Below are positions 18,959 through 28,394 of a DNA stretch of 35,360 bases, in pieces. How positions within the stretch are numbered: position 1 is the stretch's first letter; every line of letters begins with the position of its first letter. The translations under genes and the position numbers were made by a program. Under the pieces are notes generated by a model. It ran no database searches, was not told the origin of the DNA, and saw nothing but the letters and a program-made list of their open reading frames with translations. Origin of the DNA: an uncultured virus (IMG/VR IMGVR_UViG_3300005821_000187) (Duplodnaviria > Heunggongvirae > Uroviricota > Caudoviricetes); the IMG/VR virus record IMGVR_UViG_3300005821_000187, one strand, 5' to 3'.

Positions 18959-21900
18959 TTACCGTTTCCTCGCTGTGAGCCTAACTCGCTTCTTCTTCTT
19001 TTTCCGCTTTGATTTCGGCTTGTCTTCGCCCACTAGCTCCGTGTCCTGGTAGGTCGTCTTCCCCTTCTCTTCGCGGGTGCGTGCATTCAGCTTGGGGCTC
19101 ACGCGGAGCGGCTTGCCTGTTTCCCGGTCTTGCGGTTGCTTGAACGCGGGATCGCTTTCCGTCCGGTCCATCTCCCATTTGATGGCCGGCTTGGCGCTGA
19201 GCACCTTGCCATGAAAGCCCCATTTGCCGCGCGCCCGCTTGGCATCGGCTTGCCGGCGGTTCATCGCCTGGTCCCGCTCGCGCTTGTGGGCGTCGCTGTC
19301 TTCGGGGGGATAATAGATGCCTTGGTAGTCGGGCATCGGCGGCGTATCGAAGCGGGGTGCGCCTCGTGCTTCGCCTACCTGAATGTTCGGCGTGAGGATC
19401 GAACGGGCCTTCACGATCAAGGTGGGCTCGCTCTTGACGACCAGTGTGGGTTCCATGCTCTTCTTTGCCTCACCCTTCATGGCCCGCTCTAGCAACGCTT
19501 CGGGCGATGGCTTGTCGCCGAACATGCTGTCTTGATCTTCGGGGTGCTGGGCAGCGAGCGCGGCGTAGTCGCGGAAGACGGCGCTCATCTTTTGGGGGCC
19601 ATTCTTGCGGATGAGCACTTCAAGCAAGGTCATGGCGCGGGGGTTGTCGAGAATCGGGTTCCGCTCCCCGAACATCTCCGCTTGCGCGAAGAGCCCCTTG
19701 AACTCTTTGTCGCTCATGTCGGCGTTCAAAGCTGCCCGGTGGCCTTGCCGAGCCCGGAAGCTCAGATCGTTGAACTGTTCAAGCGCGACTTTGAGATCAT
19801 CCCCTAGGTCATACGTGGCACCGTGGGCCTTGGCTTGCGCCATGAACGGCACGCTTCGGGCGATATTCCCGACGATCTTGGCGGTCGTGTTGCTGAGCAA
19901 GTCAGCGTCGCCGACCGTGCGCCCTACAAGCACGCGCTCGACCAGTTGCTTGCCGTCCTCGTTCAACCGCTTGGTGCCCTTGACCATGTACTGATTCGAG
20001 TTGCGCTGATCGATCACGCCAACGCGGGTGAGCGCATTGATGAACCCTTCGGCCCGTGGCGAATCAAGAAAGGCATTCAGGGTCTCATCGGCTTCCATCG
20101 AATCGCCAAGTTGCTTGACCGCTGCATCGTCCAGCTTACGGCCCATGGCGACCTGCATCGTCCGCGGGTCCATCCCCTGAGTGAACGACTCGTTCATTTG
20201 CCGCACGAGTAGCTTCTGGTCGTCCGGTCCCGTCGACTCGACCACGCGCACGAGCACGGGGTTTTTGAGCGCCTTCACGTCTTCGGGGGTGAACCCGGTC
20301 TCATGGGCGTGGGCTTCCATGTAGGCCCGTAGCTCTTTGGCCCGATCGGGGTGCTTCTCATAAGCGAGTTGCATGCTCATCGTGCGCGAGTTGCCCCCCA
20401 GCACCACGCCGTTCTGGTCCAGAATGGGTGGGCCGTTGACCGCATCGGGGTTCGTATTGACCAGGAATGCGGGATTGAGCTTGTTCGCGTTCCGCATGAC
20501 CTTGGCTTGTTCGGCCCGGTCCCGGTGGTAGGCGCGCTCTTGCACCCCTTCGGGATACCCCTCCCGTTGCTTGAATGAGTTGGGGTCATGCGACGCGACG
20601 GCCTCAGAGGCTTCCACGAGCTTGTAGCGGGCCTTTAGAGCCCGCGGAGCGCCGTTCTCGCCCGCTACGTACACCACGGCCGAAGCGCCCTCACGCGTCG
20701 GCTGAGAGCGCGGAATGACCGCCTGCACTTGGGCCATCGCATCGCGGGTCGGCTGGATGGCCTTGTCTTTGAGCCCTGGCATCGCCTGAGCCACGAGCGC
20801 GAGCCGCGCCATCGCGGGGCTATTGAGCGCGGCTTCAAGGGCCTCTTTGGGGTTGCCGTCCCGTGCCTTGGCCAGTGCCGAGCTGAGCGTCGCCAGCTCC
20901 GTTTCGGCCTTCCCAGCCAGATCGTCGACTTCGGCTTTGAGCGTCTTGCCGCCGGGTGGGTCGAGAATATCGGCCATCGCCTGGACGTGCCCAGCCTTGA
21001 CCTTGCCGCCGCCGGCTAGGTTCTCCGCCCCCTGAATGGTCTGGCGGTAGGCCATGTTCCGGTGCTCTATGACGTTCCCAATGACCGCCGCGCGGGCTTC
21101 GGGCTCCCAGCCCTTGCGCTCTAGGACGGTGCCGAGCACCCGCTTCGCTTCGAACGGGCTCACCCCGGAACGCTGAAAGCTGGCCCTGAGCTTGGCGTAG
21201 ACTTCGGGCACCCGCTTTTCGAGCTGCGCCATGCGCTCCGCGTCCGTGCCTTTCAGGTCGGTTAGCATCTCACGGGGCACGTGGCGGAGCACGGCGTTGA
21301 CCGTCTGCGAAGCCCGCTTCTCCGCCCATTCGAAGTACCGATCGCCGTAGTGCTTGGCCATGAGCTTCGACCACTGGTCCGCAGTCACAGTGCGCTTGCG
21401 CTTGCCCTCACGGATCGTGATCTTGCCGTCTTTGTCGATCCCGAGCACTTCGGCGACACGCGTGCCGAGCTTCACGGTCTCGCCCACGGTCACGTCACGG
21501 GCTGCGGCGCTCTCCCGGTAGTAGTAGCGATACTTGCGCTTGCCGTTCACGTAGTACGGCACGCGTTTGATGTACTTGCCCCCGCGCGCGGCTTGCTCGC
21601 CTTTGCTGAGCGAAGTCACAAGGATGGGCTCATTATCCTCTGACTTTTGGAGCTTCATACCCGTCGACCGCAGCGCCCTTTCGAGCTGATCACGGACGCG
21701 GGGTTTCAGCGAGCTTGGGCCGTTGCGCACGTAGTGGTCGAAGGCTTCGGCGAACAGCTCCCCATCATCGGTCTCCGCGTACTGAGTCACGAACTCATCG
21801 GGGATCGATGCGTTGACGGTCCCGGCCTTGACCGCTTGCCGAAACGACTCCCCCATTTGCTCCGCGGTCTGCCCGTAGTGCGGCACGTTGCCCCACTTAT

Positions 21901-24256
21901 CGAGCTTGTCGCTGCCGAGCTTTAGCTGTTGGAGTAGGAACTTCTGACGCTTCGCTTCGGGCGTGCCCTTAGCTTCGAGTGCTTTGAGCGTGTAAAGCAC
22001 GTCCGCTTTGGGGCGGCCCTCGGAATTCATTTCGAGCAAGTCAGCCAGCTCTTCCACGTCGTCATCCGTGACCTTCTCACGCCGGCTTTCGTAGAAGTTG
22101 GCCCATTCCGCGCGCGCCTTGCTGCCCATGAGCTGGTAGTACACGCGGTGCCCTAGCTCATGCGTGACCACGCGTTGCGTGTTCCCGCTGTTGAACAGCC
22201 GCACATAGTCTTGCTGCACATTGTAGTAGCCGGCCGTCGTGAAGTTTTCGCGCCCCCGGTGCTCATGCCCTTCGACGGAACGGCGCGTTTCGTTGTGCAC
22301 GTGCACGCGCAGCCCAGCCAAGGTCTTGCCGAGCCCCATCTTGTCGAGCTTCGTTTTGACCCGGAGCGCGGTCTCGACCACGTTCGCGATCTCATCGTCG
22401 CCCGCGGCCGTGCCTTCGAAGCCTTCCCCGTGGACGGCGAACTGAATGCCCTGCTTATTGAACGTGCTGATCGGGGTGCGACTTGTCTGCCCCGCGTGGG
22501 TATCTGCGATGAACGTGTCGACCGCATTCAGCAAGCCACGCACGCGCCGCTGAGTCTGCTTCCAAGCCGTAGCGGCGTACTCCGCCATCTCAATGCCGGG
22601 CGCGTACGTCACGCTCTCTTTGTGTTGCATCGCTTCGGGGAAGCCCCCTGTAAAGTGCATGCCGCTCAACTTGGTAGCTATGTCGCGTCGGCCGATCTCA
22701 GGGATATCCTCCGGCTTTGTCAGTAGGGCTCTGCCCTCTAGCCCAAGCACGTGGCTTGTGGCCCACCCGCGCAACTGCATCCCCATGTTTTCCACGACGT
22801 TCTTGGCTTCGTAGAACTTCTCCGCAAACTCTTCGGGCACTTCGGGCTCAAAAGCGAAGGGGCGCTTCGATGGTTCGATCGCGTTGTGCGCATCCCACTG
22901 CGGCCGGAAGATCGTTTCGGCCTCATCCATGATTTGCTTCTGGAGCTTGGTGGCTTGGCGGAAATCTTTGCGCCATTGTGCGACCGCTTCGTGGGACAAC
23001 GGCCCCCACACGTTCACGCGCTTCTTAGCCTTCTTTTTGCGCCCCGTGCGCTTCGGCTTGGCGCTATCGGGATACCAATACTGCCAGCTCCCAGCGTGGC
23101 GCTTGCGGTAGCCGCCGCGCTTGCTGTTCGGAACGGCGGAATAGCCGGCTGGTGGCCCCTCTTTGGGGGTCGAATCGCGCGTGAAGTCGAGCCCTAGCTG
23201 TTCGGCCTTCTCGATGGTCGCGAGTTTTTCGTAATAAGCCGCGTCTTCGGTCAAATGGTCCATGGCGATCTCGGTTGCGATGGCACGATCGCTCGTGTGC
23301 TCCATTTCAACCTTGATACCCGCCGCTAACTTCGCTTTGTCGAAGTCAGAAGGCTTCTTTTTGTCGGCGAGACCGCCTGGGATCTTGTCGGCCTTGCGAA
23401 ACTCCGCCCCATCGAAGTCACGGGCCTGTTCAAGTAGCTCATCTTTGTCGAGCGCCACTTCGATACAGGGCACTTTTTGGTCGAGCGCCTTGCATGCGGC
23501 CCAACGGTGGTGCCCATCGAGAATAAAGCCGTCGTGACTCACCACGATCGGCTTTTTCAACGCTTCGGGAGTGTTTTTCAGCCGCTCGACCTTGGCCGTA
23601 TCGAGTTTGTTCTGCATCGGTTGGAGCTTGTCGGCGTCGTAGCTCTTACGCTTGCACTTCGCGCCGTCTTTGCGCAGCTCTTTCAGGAATGCCGGGAGCT
23701 TTTTGGCAACGATCTGCGGCATTTCGATGCGCTTCTCATCGCCATTCAGGCGTTGCGCCTTGATCACGAGCGTGGGCTCGCTCTTGACCGCTATGGAGCG
23801 GATGGTGGGCACCTTGCCGTAGTCGGTTTGCGTCGTTCGGCGCCAGTACGCGATCACGCGCTTGGTTAGCTCCATGCGAATGTCGGAGCTGATATACGGC
23901 ATGGCCCGCAGCACGGTCACAAAGCGTTCGCGAGCGAGCGCGATGCGTTGCGTTTGCTGAGTCTGGTCGAAATGCGCGTTGGTATCGACAATGAGCCGCT
24001 GTACCGCCTGCTCATCGGCGGAGTCGAGCCCCAAGCCGGCGGTCACGTCCTCGATGGTGACGATATGACGCGGCAACGGAGCATCCTCCGTGGTCATGTT
24101 CTGCCGAAAGATGCGATTCGCAGCGAGTTGGGGGTCTAAAAGGCCGCCTTTACCCGCAACAAGGCGCGCACGAATCTTGTTCGTGGGAGCCATCGACGGG
24201 AAGCCCGATGAAGCGTTGGTGTGCCAACGCGAGCGTTCTGCTTTGCGAAAGGCCAC
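18959..24256 (-). CDS. Large polyvalent protein: ParB/Srx-like, DUF5661-like, zinc metallopeptidase and DdrB-like ParB domains
   Basis: KPIVVSHDGFILDGHHRWAA; GIKVEMEHTSDRAIATEIAMDHLTEDAAYYEKL; THELGH...TQYAETDDGELFAEAF; YKLVEASEAVASHD...NGPPILDQNGVVLGGNSRTM. Confidence 0.8.
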   Translation of the reverse strand: MAFRKAERSRWHTNASSGFPSMAPTNKIRARLVAGKGGLLDPQLAANRIFRQNMTTEDAPLPRHIVTIEDVTAGLGLDSADEQAVQRLIVDTNAHFDQTQQTQRIALARERFVTVLRAMPYISSDIRMELTKRVIAYWRRTTQTDYGKVPTIRSIAVKSEPTLVIKAQRLNGDEKRIEMPQIVAKKLPAFLKELRKDGAKCKRKSYDADKLQPMQNKLDTAKVERLKNTPEALKKPIVVSHDGFILDGHHRWAACKALDQKVPCIEVALDKDELLEQARDFDGAEFRKADKIPGGLADKKKPSDFDKAKLAAGIKVEMEHTSDRAIATEIAMDHLTEDAAYYEKLATIEKAEQLGLDFTRDSTPKEGPPAGYSAVPNSKRGGYRKRHAGSWQYWYPDSAKPKRTGRKKKAKKRVNVWGPLSHEAVAQWRKDFRQATKLQKQIMDEAETIFRPQWDAHNAIEPSKRPFAFEPEVPEEFAEKFYEAKNVVENMGMQLRGWATSHVLGLEGRALLTKPEDIPEIGRRDIATKLSGMHFTGGFPEAMQHKESVTYAPGIEMAEYAATAWKQTQRRVRGLLNAVDTFIADTHAGQTSRTPISTFNKQGIQFAVHGEGFEGTAAGDDEIANVVETALRVKTKLDKMGLGKTLAGLRVHVHNETRRSVEGHEHRGRENFTTAGYYNVQQDYVRLFNSGNTQRVVTHELGHRVYYQLMGSKARAEWANFYESRREKVTDDDVEELADLLEMNSEGRPKADVLYTLKALEAKGTPEAKRQKFLLQQLKLGSDKLDKWGNVPHYGQTAEQMGESFRQAVKAGTVNASIPDEFVTQYAETDDGELFAEAFDHYVRNGPSSLKPRVRDQLERALRSTGMKLQKSEDNEPILVTSLSKGEQAARGGKYIKRVPYYVNGKRKYRYYYRESAAARDVTVGETVKLGTRVAEVLGIDKDGKITIREGKRKRTVTADQWSKLMAKHYGDRYFEWAEKRASQTVNAVLRHVPREMLTDLKGTDAERMAQLEKRVPEVYAKLRASFQRSGVSPFEAKRVLGTVLERKGWEPEARAAVIGNVIEHRNMAYRQTIQGAENLAGGGKVKAGHVQAMADILDPPGGKTLKAEVDDLAGKAETELATLSSALAKARDGNPKEALEAALNSPAMARLALVAQAMPGLKDKAIQPTRDAMAQVQAVIPRSQPTREGASAVVYVAGENGAPRALKARYKLVEASEAVASHDPNSFKQREGYPEGVQERAYHRDRAEQAKVMRNANKLNPAFLVNTNPDAVNGPPILDQNGVVLGGNSRTMSMQLAYEKHPDRAKELRAYMEAHAHETGFTPEDVKALKNPVLVRVVESTGPDDQKLLVRQMNESFTQGMDPRTMQVAMGRKLDDAAVKQLGDSMEADETLNAFLDSPRAEGFINALTRVGVIDQRNSNQYMVKGTKRLNEDGKQLVERVLVGRTVGDADLLSNTTAKIVGNIARSVPFMAQAKAHGATYDLGDDLKVALEQFNDLSFRARQGHRAALNADMSDKEFKGLFAQAEMFGERNPILDNPRAMTLLEVLIRKNGPQKMSAVFRDYAALAAQHPEDQDSMFGDKPSPEALLERAMKGEAKKSMEPTLVVKSEPTLIVKARSILTPNIQVGEARGAPRFDTPPMPDYQGIYYPPEDSDAHKRERDQAMNRRQADAKRARGKWGFHGKVLSAKPAIKWEMDRTESDPAFKQPQDRETGKPLRVSPKLNARTREEKGKTTYQDTELVGEDKPKSKRKKKKKRVRLTARKR

Positions 24257-24345
24257 AAAAAATCACCGCCCGTACGCGGCCCCATTCATGCGCCTCGGAT
24301 TCCCCCGAATCTGATTTGCGAAGCCGCGTACGGACGATCCCCCGA

Positions 24346-24756
24346 TTAGAGACTGTTGTTTGAGCTGAAGCCCAAGCACCACGCCGACACGGTATCGCCA
24401 TCGGGCGCGAGTGCGGTCGGAAGAGCGATGGTCCATGTGCCATCTACCTCTTGGGTTGCATCGGGGATCGCGGTTCCTGCCGCGGCCCCTGTGATCAGGT
24501 TGAGATCCACCTTTGCAGCCGAGCCCGGAAGCTGGAGCTGCAATGAGGGACCAGTGGCCTCACTCAGATAGATAACAGCCGGATCGAATGGGATGCCTGT
24601 GAGGCTCCCGCCTGCGCCGCCAGCGCCGACAACTTCGCCCACAAACGAATCCGTCATGTGCCGGCCAAGCCCTTGCGCGATCTCCCGATGATCCGCGTAC
24701 GGAACTGAATCCTGCGAAGTCGGAATTTGCGATTGTGCGTAATTGTCTCTTGCCAT
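24346..24756 (-). CDS. Hypothetical protein, first gene of the head operon
   Basis: GGGAAGG SD upstream; same strand as the structural genes. Confidence 0.65.
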   Translation of the reverse strand: MARDNYAQSQIPTSQDSVPYADHREIAQGLGRHMTDSFVGEVVGAGGAGGSLTGIPFDPAVIYLSEATGPSLQLQLPGSAAKVDLNLITGAAAGTAIPDATQEVDGTWTIALPTALAPDGDTVSAWCLGFSSNNSL

Positions 24757-24903
24757 CGGATAGACCTTCCCTCTTTTAGCGCCCGTTGGGTTGTGCGCGC
24801 GTCACAATGCTGCCCGCAAGGGTACGCCAGTGCAACGGTGAAGGCTCATTATCCCCTGGCGCCAAACTGGACCCGCAGCCCTGAGCTGGGGCACGATAGC
24901 GAA

Positions 24904-25143
24904 GTGCCCCTGATCTATGTGCAGTGCGCCGCGTGCAAAACCGAAGAGCCCGCGACCGATAACGACGGCAAGCCGGATATCCCATCGCACTGGCGCGCGC
25001 TTTGGGCGGAGAGCAATCCGAAGTATGAGCTGTACGCGTGCTCGCCCTCATGCCGGCGAATCACGAGCTACGCGCTCGTGCAGTCCTACCCCGAAGATCA
25101 CATCATGGAACGCCGTGTGGAATGTCTAGCGAGCCACGCTTGA
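24904..25143 (+). CDS. Small Cys-rich (zinc-finger-like) protein
   Basis: GTG start inferred; CAAC...CSPSC. Confidence 0.55.
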   Translation: MPLIYVQCAACKTEEPATDNDGKPDIPSHWRALWAESNPKYELYACSPSCRRITSYALVQSYPEDHIMERRVECLASHA

Positions 25144-25490
25144 AGATCGTGATCGTCGAATCGCCGTACTCCGGCGAGGTAGAGGATAATGAAGCGTACG
25201 CCGAAGCGTGCTTGTTCGATTCGCTTCTGCGCGGAGAGAGCCCGTTCGCCAGCCACTTGCTCTACACGCGGGTGCTGGACGACACGATCCCTGAGCACCG
25301 CACACTTGGGATGCTCGCTGCGCGCGAGATCATGCTCCGCTCCGATCTCACGGCGGTCTACATGGACCGCGGGCTCACGGACGGCATGAAAGAGGGGATC
25401 AAGCACGCACGCTTGCACCACCGTCCCGTCGAAGAGCGTTGGCTCAGTCGCTACACCCCCACGGGCGGGTCGAGCGGCGTGCGCCCGTAA
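25122..25490 (+). CDS. Nucleoside 2-deoxyribosyltransferase-like fold protein (DUF4406/DUF7768-like)
   Basis: IVIVESPYSGEVEDN..YA...L.RGESPFASHLLYT..LDD...DRGLTDGMKEGI, a widespread phage family motif. Confidence 0.7.
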   Translation: MSSEPRLKIVIVESPYSGEVEDNEAYAEACLFDSLLRGESPFASHLLYTRVLDDTIPEHRTLGMLAAREIMLRSDLTAVYMDRGLTDGMKEGIKHARLHHRPVEERWLSRYTPTGGSSGVRP

Positions 25491-25547
25491 CGATCTTACA
25501 GACTCGAAACAGGAAAATGCCGTCATCCCTGGACGTGGCCACTTGGT

Positions 25548-25766
25548 TTGGCTAAACAGATGGCCGTGGGGATTCATTGGAGTGACAAGCCTTATCACGC
25601 ATCGCATTGGTGGGAAGCACATGGCGGGCGTGTTCGTTGCAAACTCTGTTGGATGGAACGGTCTAACATTTTCGTAGGAGCGCGGTTCCAATGCGACGCC
25701 TACGAAAAGAAACCGGCGAAACGTCCACGACCGTTACACGTAGGGCAAAAGCAGCCCCGCGTCTGA
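25548..25766 (+). CDS. Hypothetical protein (CxxC)
   Basis: Short ORF filling the gap; start uncertain. Confidence 0.4.
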   Translation: MAKQMAVGIHWSDKPYHASHWWEAHGGRVRCKLCWMERSNIFVGARFQCDAYEKKPAKRPRPLHVGQKQPRV

Positions 25767-25800
25767 ATCCGGCAACTGACAACTTAGGGGAACGGTACTC

Positions 25801-25995
25801 ATGGCAAGAGCCACGATTGTGTTCAAAGACGCGCCTAGTGGGACGGCGCTTCTACGCATCGGTCCAATGGAGCGATGGTACGGCAAGGATCACTTGCCGC
25901 TCCCCGCACTAGAACCACCGCGTGCTGTCATCGAACGGTACAAAGCATGTAAGACTGCGGATCGTGTCGAGCCTGAGCACCGCCGAAGTCGATGA
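25801..25995 (+). CDS. Hypothetical protein
   Basis: AGGGGA SD-like sequence upstream of the ATG; overlaps the terminase 5' end. Confidence 0.45.
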   Translation: MARATIVFKDAPSGTALLRIGPMERWYGKDHLPLPALEPPRAVIERYKACKTADRVEPEHRRSR

Positions 25996-27553
25996 GCTGA
26001 TCCTCGAAATGCAGGGGGCCGAAGACGACCCCTACTGGCAAGCCCTCTACCAAGAGCTTCTAAAGAATGATCTTTGCTTGTTCGCAAAGGATATTCTGGG
26101 GCTAGAGATCGGGCCGCATCTCATGGATTGGGGCGACCTGATTCACGACAACCGCCGCATCGCAATCAACGCGGCTCGTGACCATTCGAAGAGCACGTTC
26201 TTTTCGTACGCGTACCCGATCTGGCGCGCATGGTCTGAGCCCGGCTGCGAAGTGTACATGTTCAGCGCGACGCTCGATGGTGCGATGGAATTCCTCGATA
26301 TCATCATCTACGGACGCGACAACTTGAAGGGGATGATCGATATCCCTGAGTTGCAACACTTGGTTCCGCAGAACGAAGGCAAGGGCACGCGCACGCGCTT
26401 GAACCGCAGCGACGCACGGCTCACCAACGGCTCGCGCATCCGGGCCATCGGCTACGGCAAAAAGGTTCGCGGTCGTCACCCCAAGTACATCATCGCGGAC
26501 GACGTTCTAAACGATGAGGATATGTGGAGCGAGACCGTCCGCAAAAAGAACATCGAGTATTTCAAGAGCGCGATCACAAACATGCTCACGCCCGAAGGCC
26601 AGCTCGTGTGCGTCGGGACGCCGTACCACGCCGCCGACCTATGGGGCTTCCTTCGGCACAACTCGCAATACGTGTTCAAAAAGTACCCCGGCATTATCCG
26701 CGACAAGGATACCGGCGATGAGCGCGCGCTGTTCCCTTGGCGCTGGACGCTGAAACGCCTCTACGACAAGCGCGAAGAGATCGGCTCAGTCAGCTTCACG
26801 CGCGAGATTCTGTGCGAACCGATCAGCGATGAGCTGAGTATATTCCCATCCCACTTGTTCCCACCGCTCTTCGACCCCGTGCTCAAAATGCGCCCCTCGC
26901 TTGCGGAGATCAAGCAACGCGGCTGGCAAACGTACATGGGCGTCGATATCGCGCGCAGTGCCAACGTCGGCGCCGACTACTTCGTTGTCTACACCATCGC
27001 CAAGGATCGTCAGGGCAATGTGATCCCCATCGAGATCAACCGCACCAAGGGCTTGCCGTTCAACGCGCAGCTAGAGCAAGTCACGCGCGACGCACTGGCG
27101 TATGACCCCGGCCTGATCTTCATCGAGTCGAATGCGATGCAACAGATTTACACGGATGAGATGCGGCGCTTGACCGATCTCCCCGTCAAAGAGTTTGTCA
27201 CGCTCGCGACGAACAAGTACCCGCTCGACCGTGGCGTTCCGGGGCTCCGCATCCTGCTAGAGAACCAGAAGGTGATCATCCCGCGCGGCGACGCGTACAG
27301 CCGGCAGCAAACGGATATCTGGATCGAAGAAATGTCGATGTTCGGATACATCGAAGGCAAGCTCCAAGGCATCGGCGCGCATGACGATACTGTTATGGCG
27401 TGGTGGTTTGCGAACGAAGCGGCCAAGGCTGGCGGCTTCTCGTTTGCGTTCGGCGACGAAGACGAAGACGAAGGCGACGAAGACGATGAGGGCGGCGATT
27501 GGGAAAGCGTCATGCTAGGCGAAGACGAAGACGACTCCGCGTTCGGCACCTAG
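25922..27553 (+). CDS. terL: Terminase large subunit
   Basis: Walker A-like AARDHSKST, Walker B IIADD, VGTPYH coupling motif, RNase H MGVDIA/ADYFV and HDDTVMA; exact start uncertain. Confidence 0.93.
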   Translation: MLSSNGTKHVRLRIVSSLSTAEVDELILEMQGAEDDPYWQALYQELLKNDLCLFAKDILGLEIGPHLMDWGDLIHDNRRIAINAARDHSKSTFFSYAYPIWRAWSEPGCEVYMFSATLDGAMEFLDIIIYGRDNLKGMIDIPELQHLVPQNEGKGTRTRLNRSDARLTNGSRIRAIGYGKKVRGRHPKYIIADDVLNDEDMWSETVRKKNIEYFKSAITNMLTPEGQLVCVGTPYHAADLWGFLRHNSQYVFKKYPGIIRDKDTGDERALFPWRWTLKRLYDKREEIGSVSFTREILCEPISDELSIFPSHLFPPLFDPVLKMRPSLAEIKQRGWQTYMGVDIARSANVGADYFVVYTIAKDRQGNVIPIEINRTKGLPFNAQLEQVTRDALAYDPGLIFIESNAMQQIYTDEMRRLTDLPVKEFVTLATNKYPLDRGVPGLRILLENQKVIIPRGDAYSRQQTDIWIEEMSMFGYIEGKLQGIGAHDDTVMAWWFANEAAKAGGFSFAFGDEDEDEGDEDDEGGDWESVMLGEDEDDSAFGT

Positions 27554-27774
27554 ATCCCTTTGAGCTGTTTCTTGTCGGCGAGCCACTTCGGGATCTGCAA
27601 ACAGCAAAGCGCCGTGCGGCTACCGTACGCCTCTTGCAACGCTTCGACGTTCAACGCTTCGAGCTGGCTCTTCGGGAGCCACACGACCTTGCCTTGGGTC
27701 ATAACGCGAAAGGCGCTCTCACTCTTTGAGAGCACCTTGTCGATATCGATTTCGATGGTGGGGGTCTTCGCCAC
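27550..27774 (-). CDS. Conserved small phage protein (WLPKSQ...IPKWL family)
   Basis: Recurrent phage motif pattern. Confidence 0.65.
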   Translation of the reverse strand: MAKTPTIEIDIDKVLSKSESAFRVMTQGKVVWLPKSQLEALNVEALQEAYGSRTALCCLQIPKWLADKKQLKGI

Positions 27775-27792
27775 CCGCGGAACCTATCGTGA

Positions 27793-28122
27793 TCAATACT
27801 CTGACGCGAGCATGATGGTGAGCACGCGCACCGTGCTGGGATCTGCGGCGTTCTGCGCCCCCAAGCTATAGCTGGCGTCGGCGTAGTAATCGAACTTCCA
27901 GAAGTAGGTCACCCCGTCGAAGTCGAGCGCGCCGAAGTCGTGCTCGCCGTGGGGGTCGTTCCCATCGAGCATGCCGGCCTCATCGAAGGCGTCGTAGCCC
28001 TTCACGAGCTGCATGAGCCCGCGCAGCTTGTCGACGGGCAGCGCATCTACGCCCGTGGTGGCCACGAGCCGGCAAGCGCCGTGCTTGCGCGCGTGGTCGT
28101 TTAGCTCTGAGATGGTGCTCAT
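27793..28122 (-). CDS. DUF3768 family protein
   Basis: NDPHGEHDFG...FWKFDYY...DP..TVRVLTIMLASEY signature. Confidence 0.88.
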   Translation of the reverse strand: MSTISELNDHARKHGACRLVATTGVDALPVDKLRGLMQLVKGYDAFDEAGMLDGNDPHGEHDFGALDFDGVTYFWKFDYYADASYSLGAQNAADPSTVRVLTIMLASEY

Positions 28123-28394
28123 GATGTTCGGCTCTCTTCCTCTAGGTCGGCAAGGCGCTCGTGGGCGGCGTCCAGCTCCGTGAGCAACGTGTTCACGTCG
28201 GTTTCGTAATCGTAGAACTTGGGGAATGGGGACACGACTTCGGCCTCATCGACCTTGCGTTCACACGCGAGGCAAAAGCCGTAGCCTTCGTAGTCTGCGC
28301 GGCTCATGTCGACTTCGCCGAAGCAACCGTGGATGTGCACGAATCGCTTGATTGACATAGCCGTGAGCCGCGCCCTGATCTTCGCGTGGTTCAT
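28119..28394 (-). CDS. Hypothetical protein
   Basis: ATG at 28394 overlaps the upstream TAA; contains CxxC. Confidence 0.6.
   Translation of the reverse strand: MNHAKIRARLTAMSIKRFVHIHGCFGEVDMSRADYEGYGFCLACERKVDEAEVVSPFPKFYDYETDVNTLLTELDAAHERLADLEEESRTS

Noticed and set aside
260..24314. Numerous plus-strand ORFs opposite the head genes (e.g. 10869-11984, 2430-3152)
   Set aside because: Antisense shadows typical of GC-rich coding DNA, with no recognisable motifs.
24904..25995. Small terminase subunit upstream of terL
   Set aside because: None of the small ORFs shows a recognisable HTH/coiled-coil TerS pattern.
27450..27545. Acidic low-complexity tail of the terminase
   Set aside because: Compositional bias only; nothing specific can be inferred.
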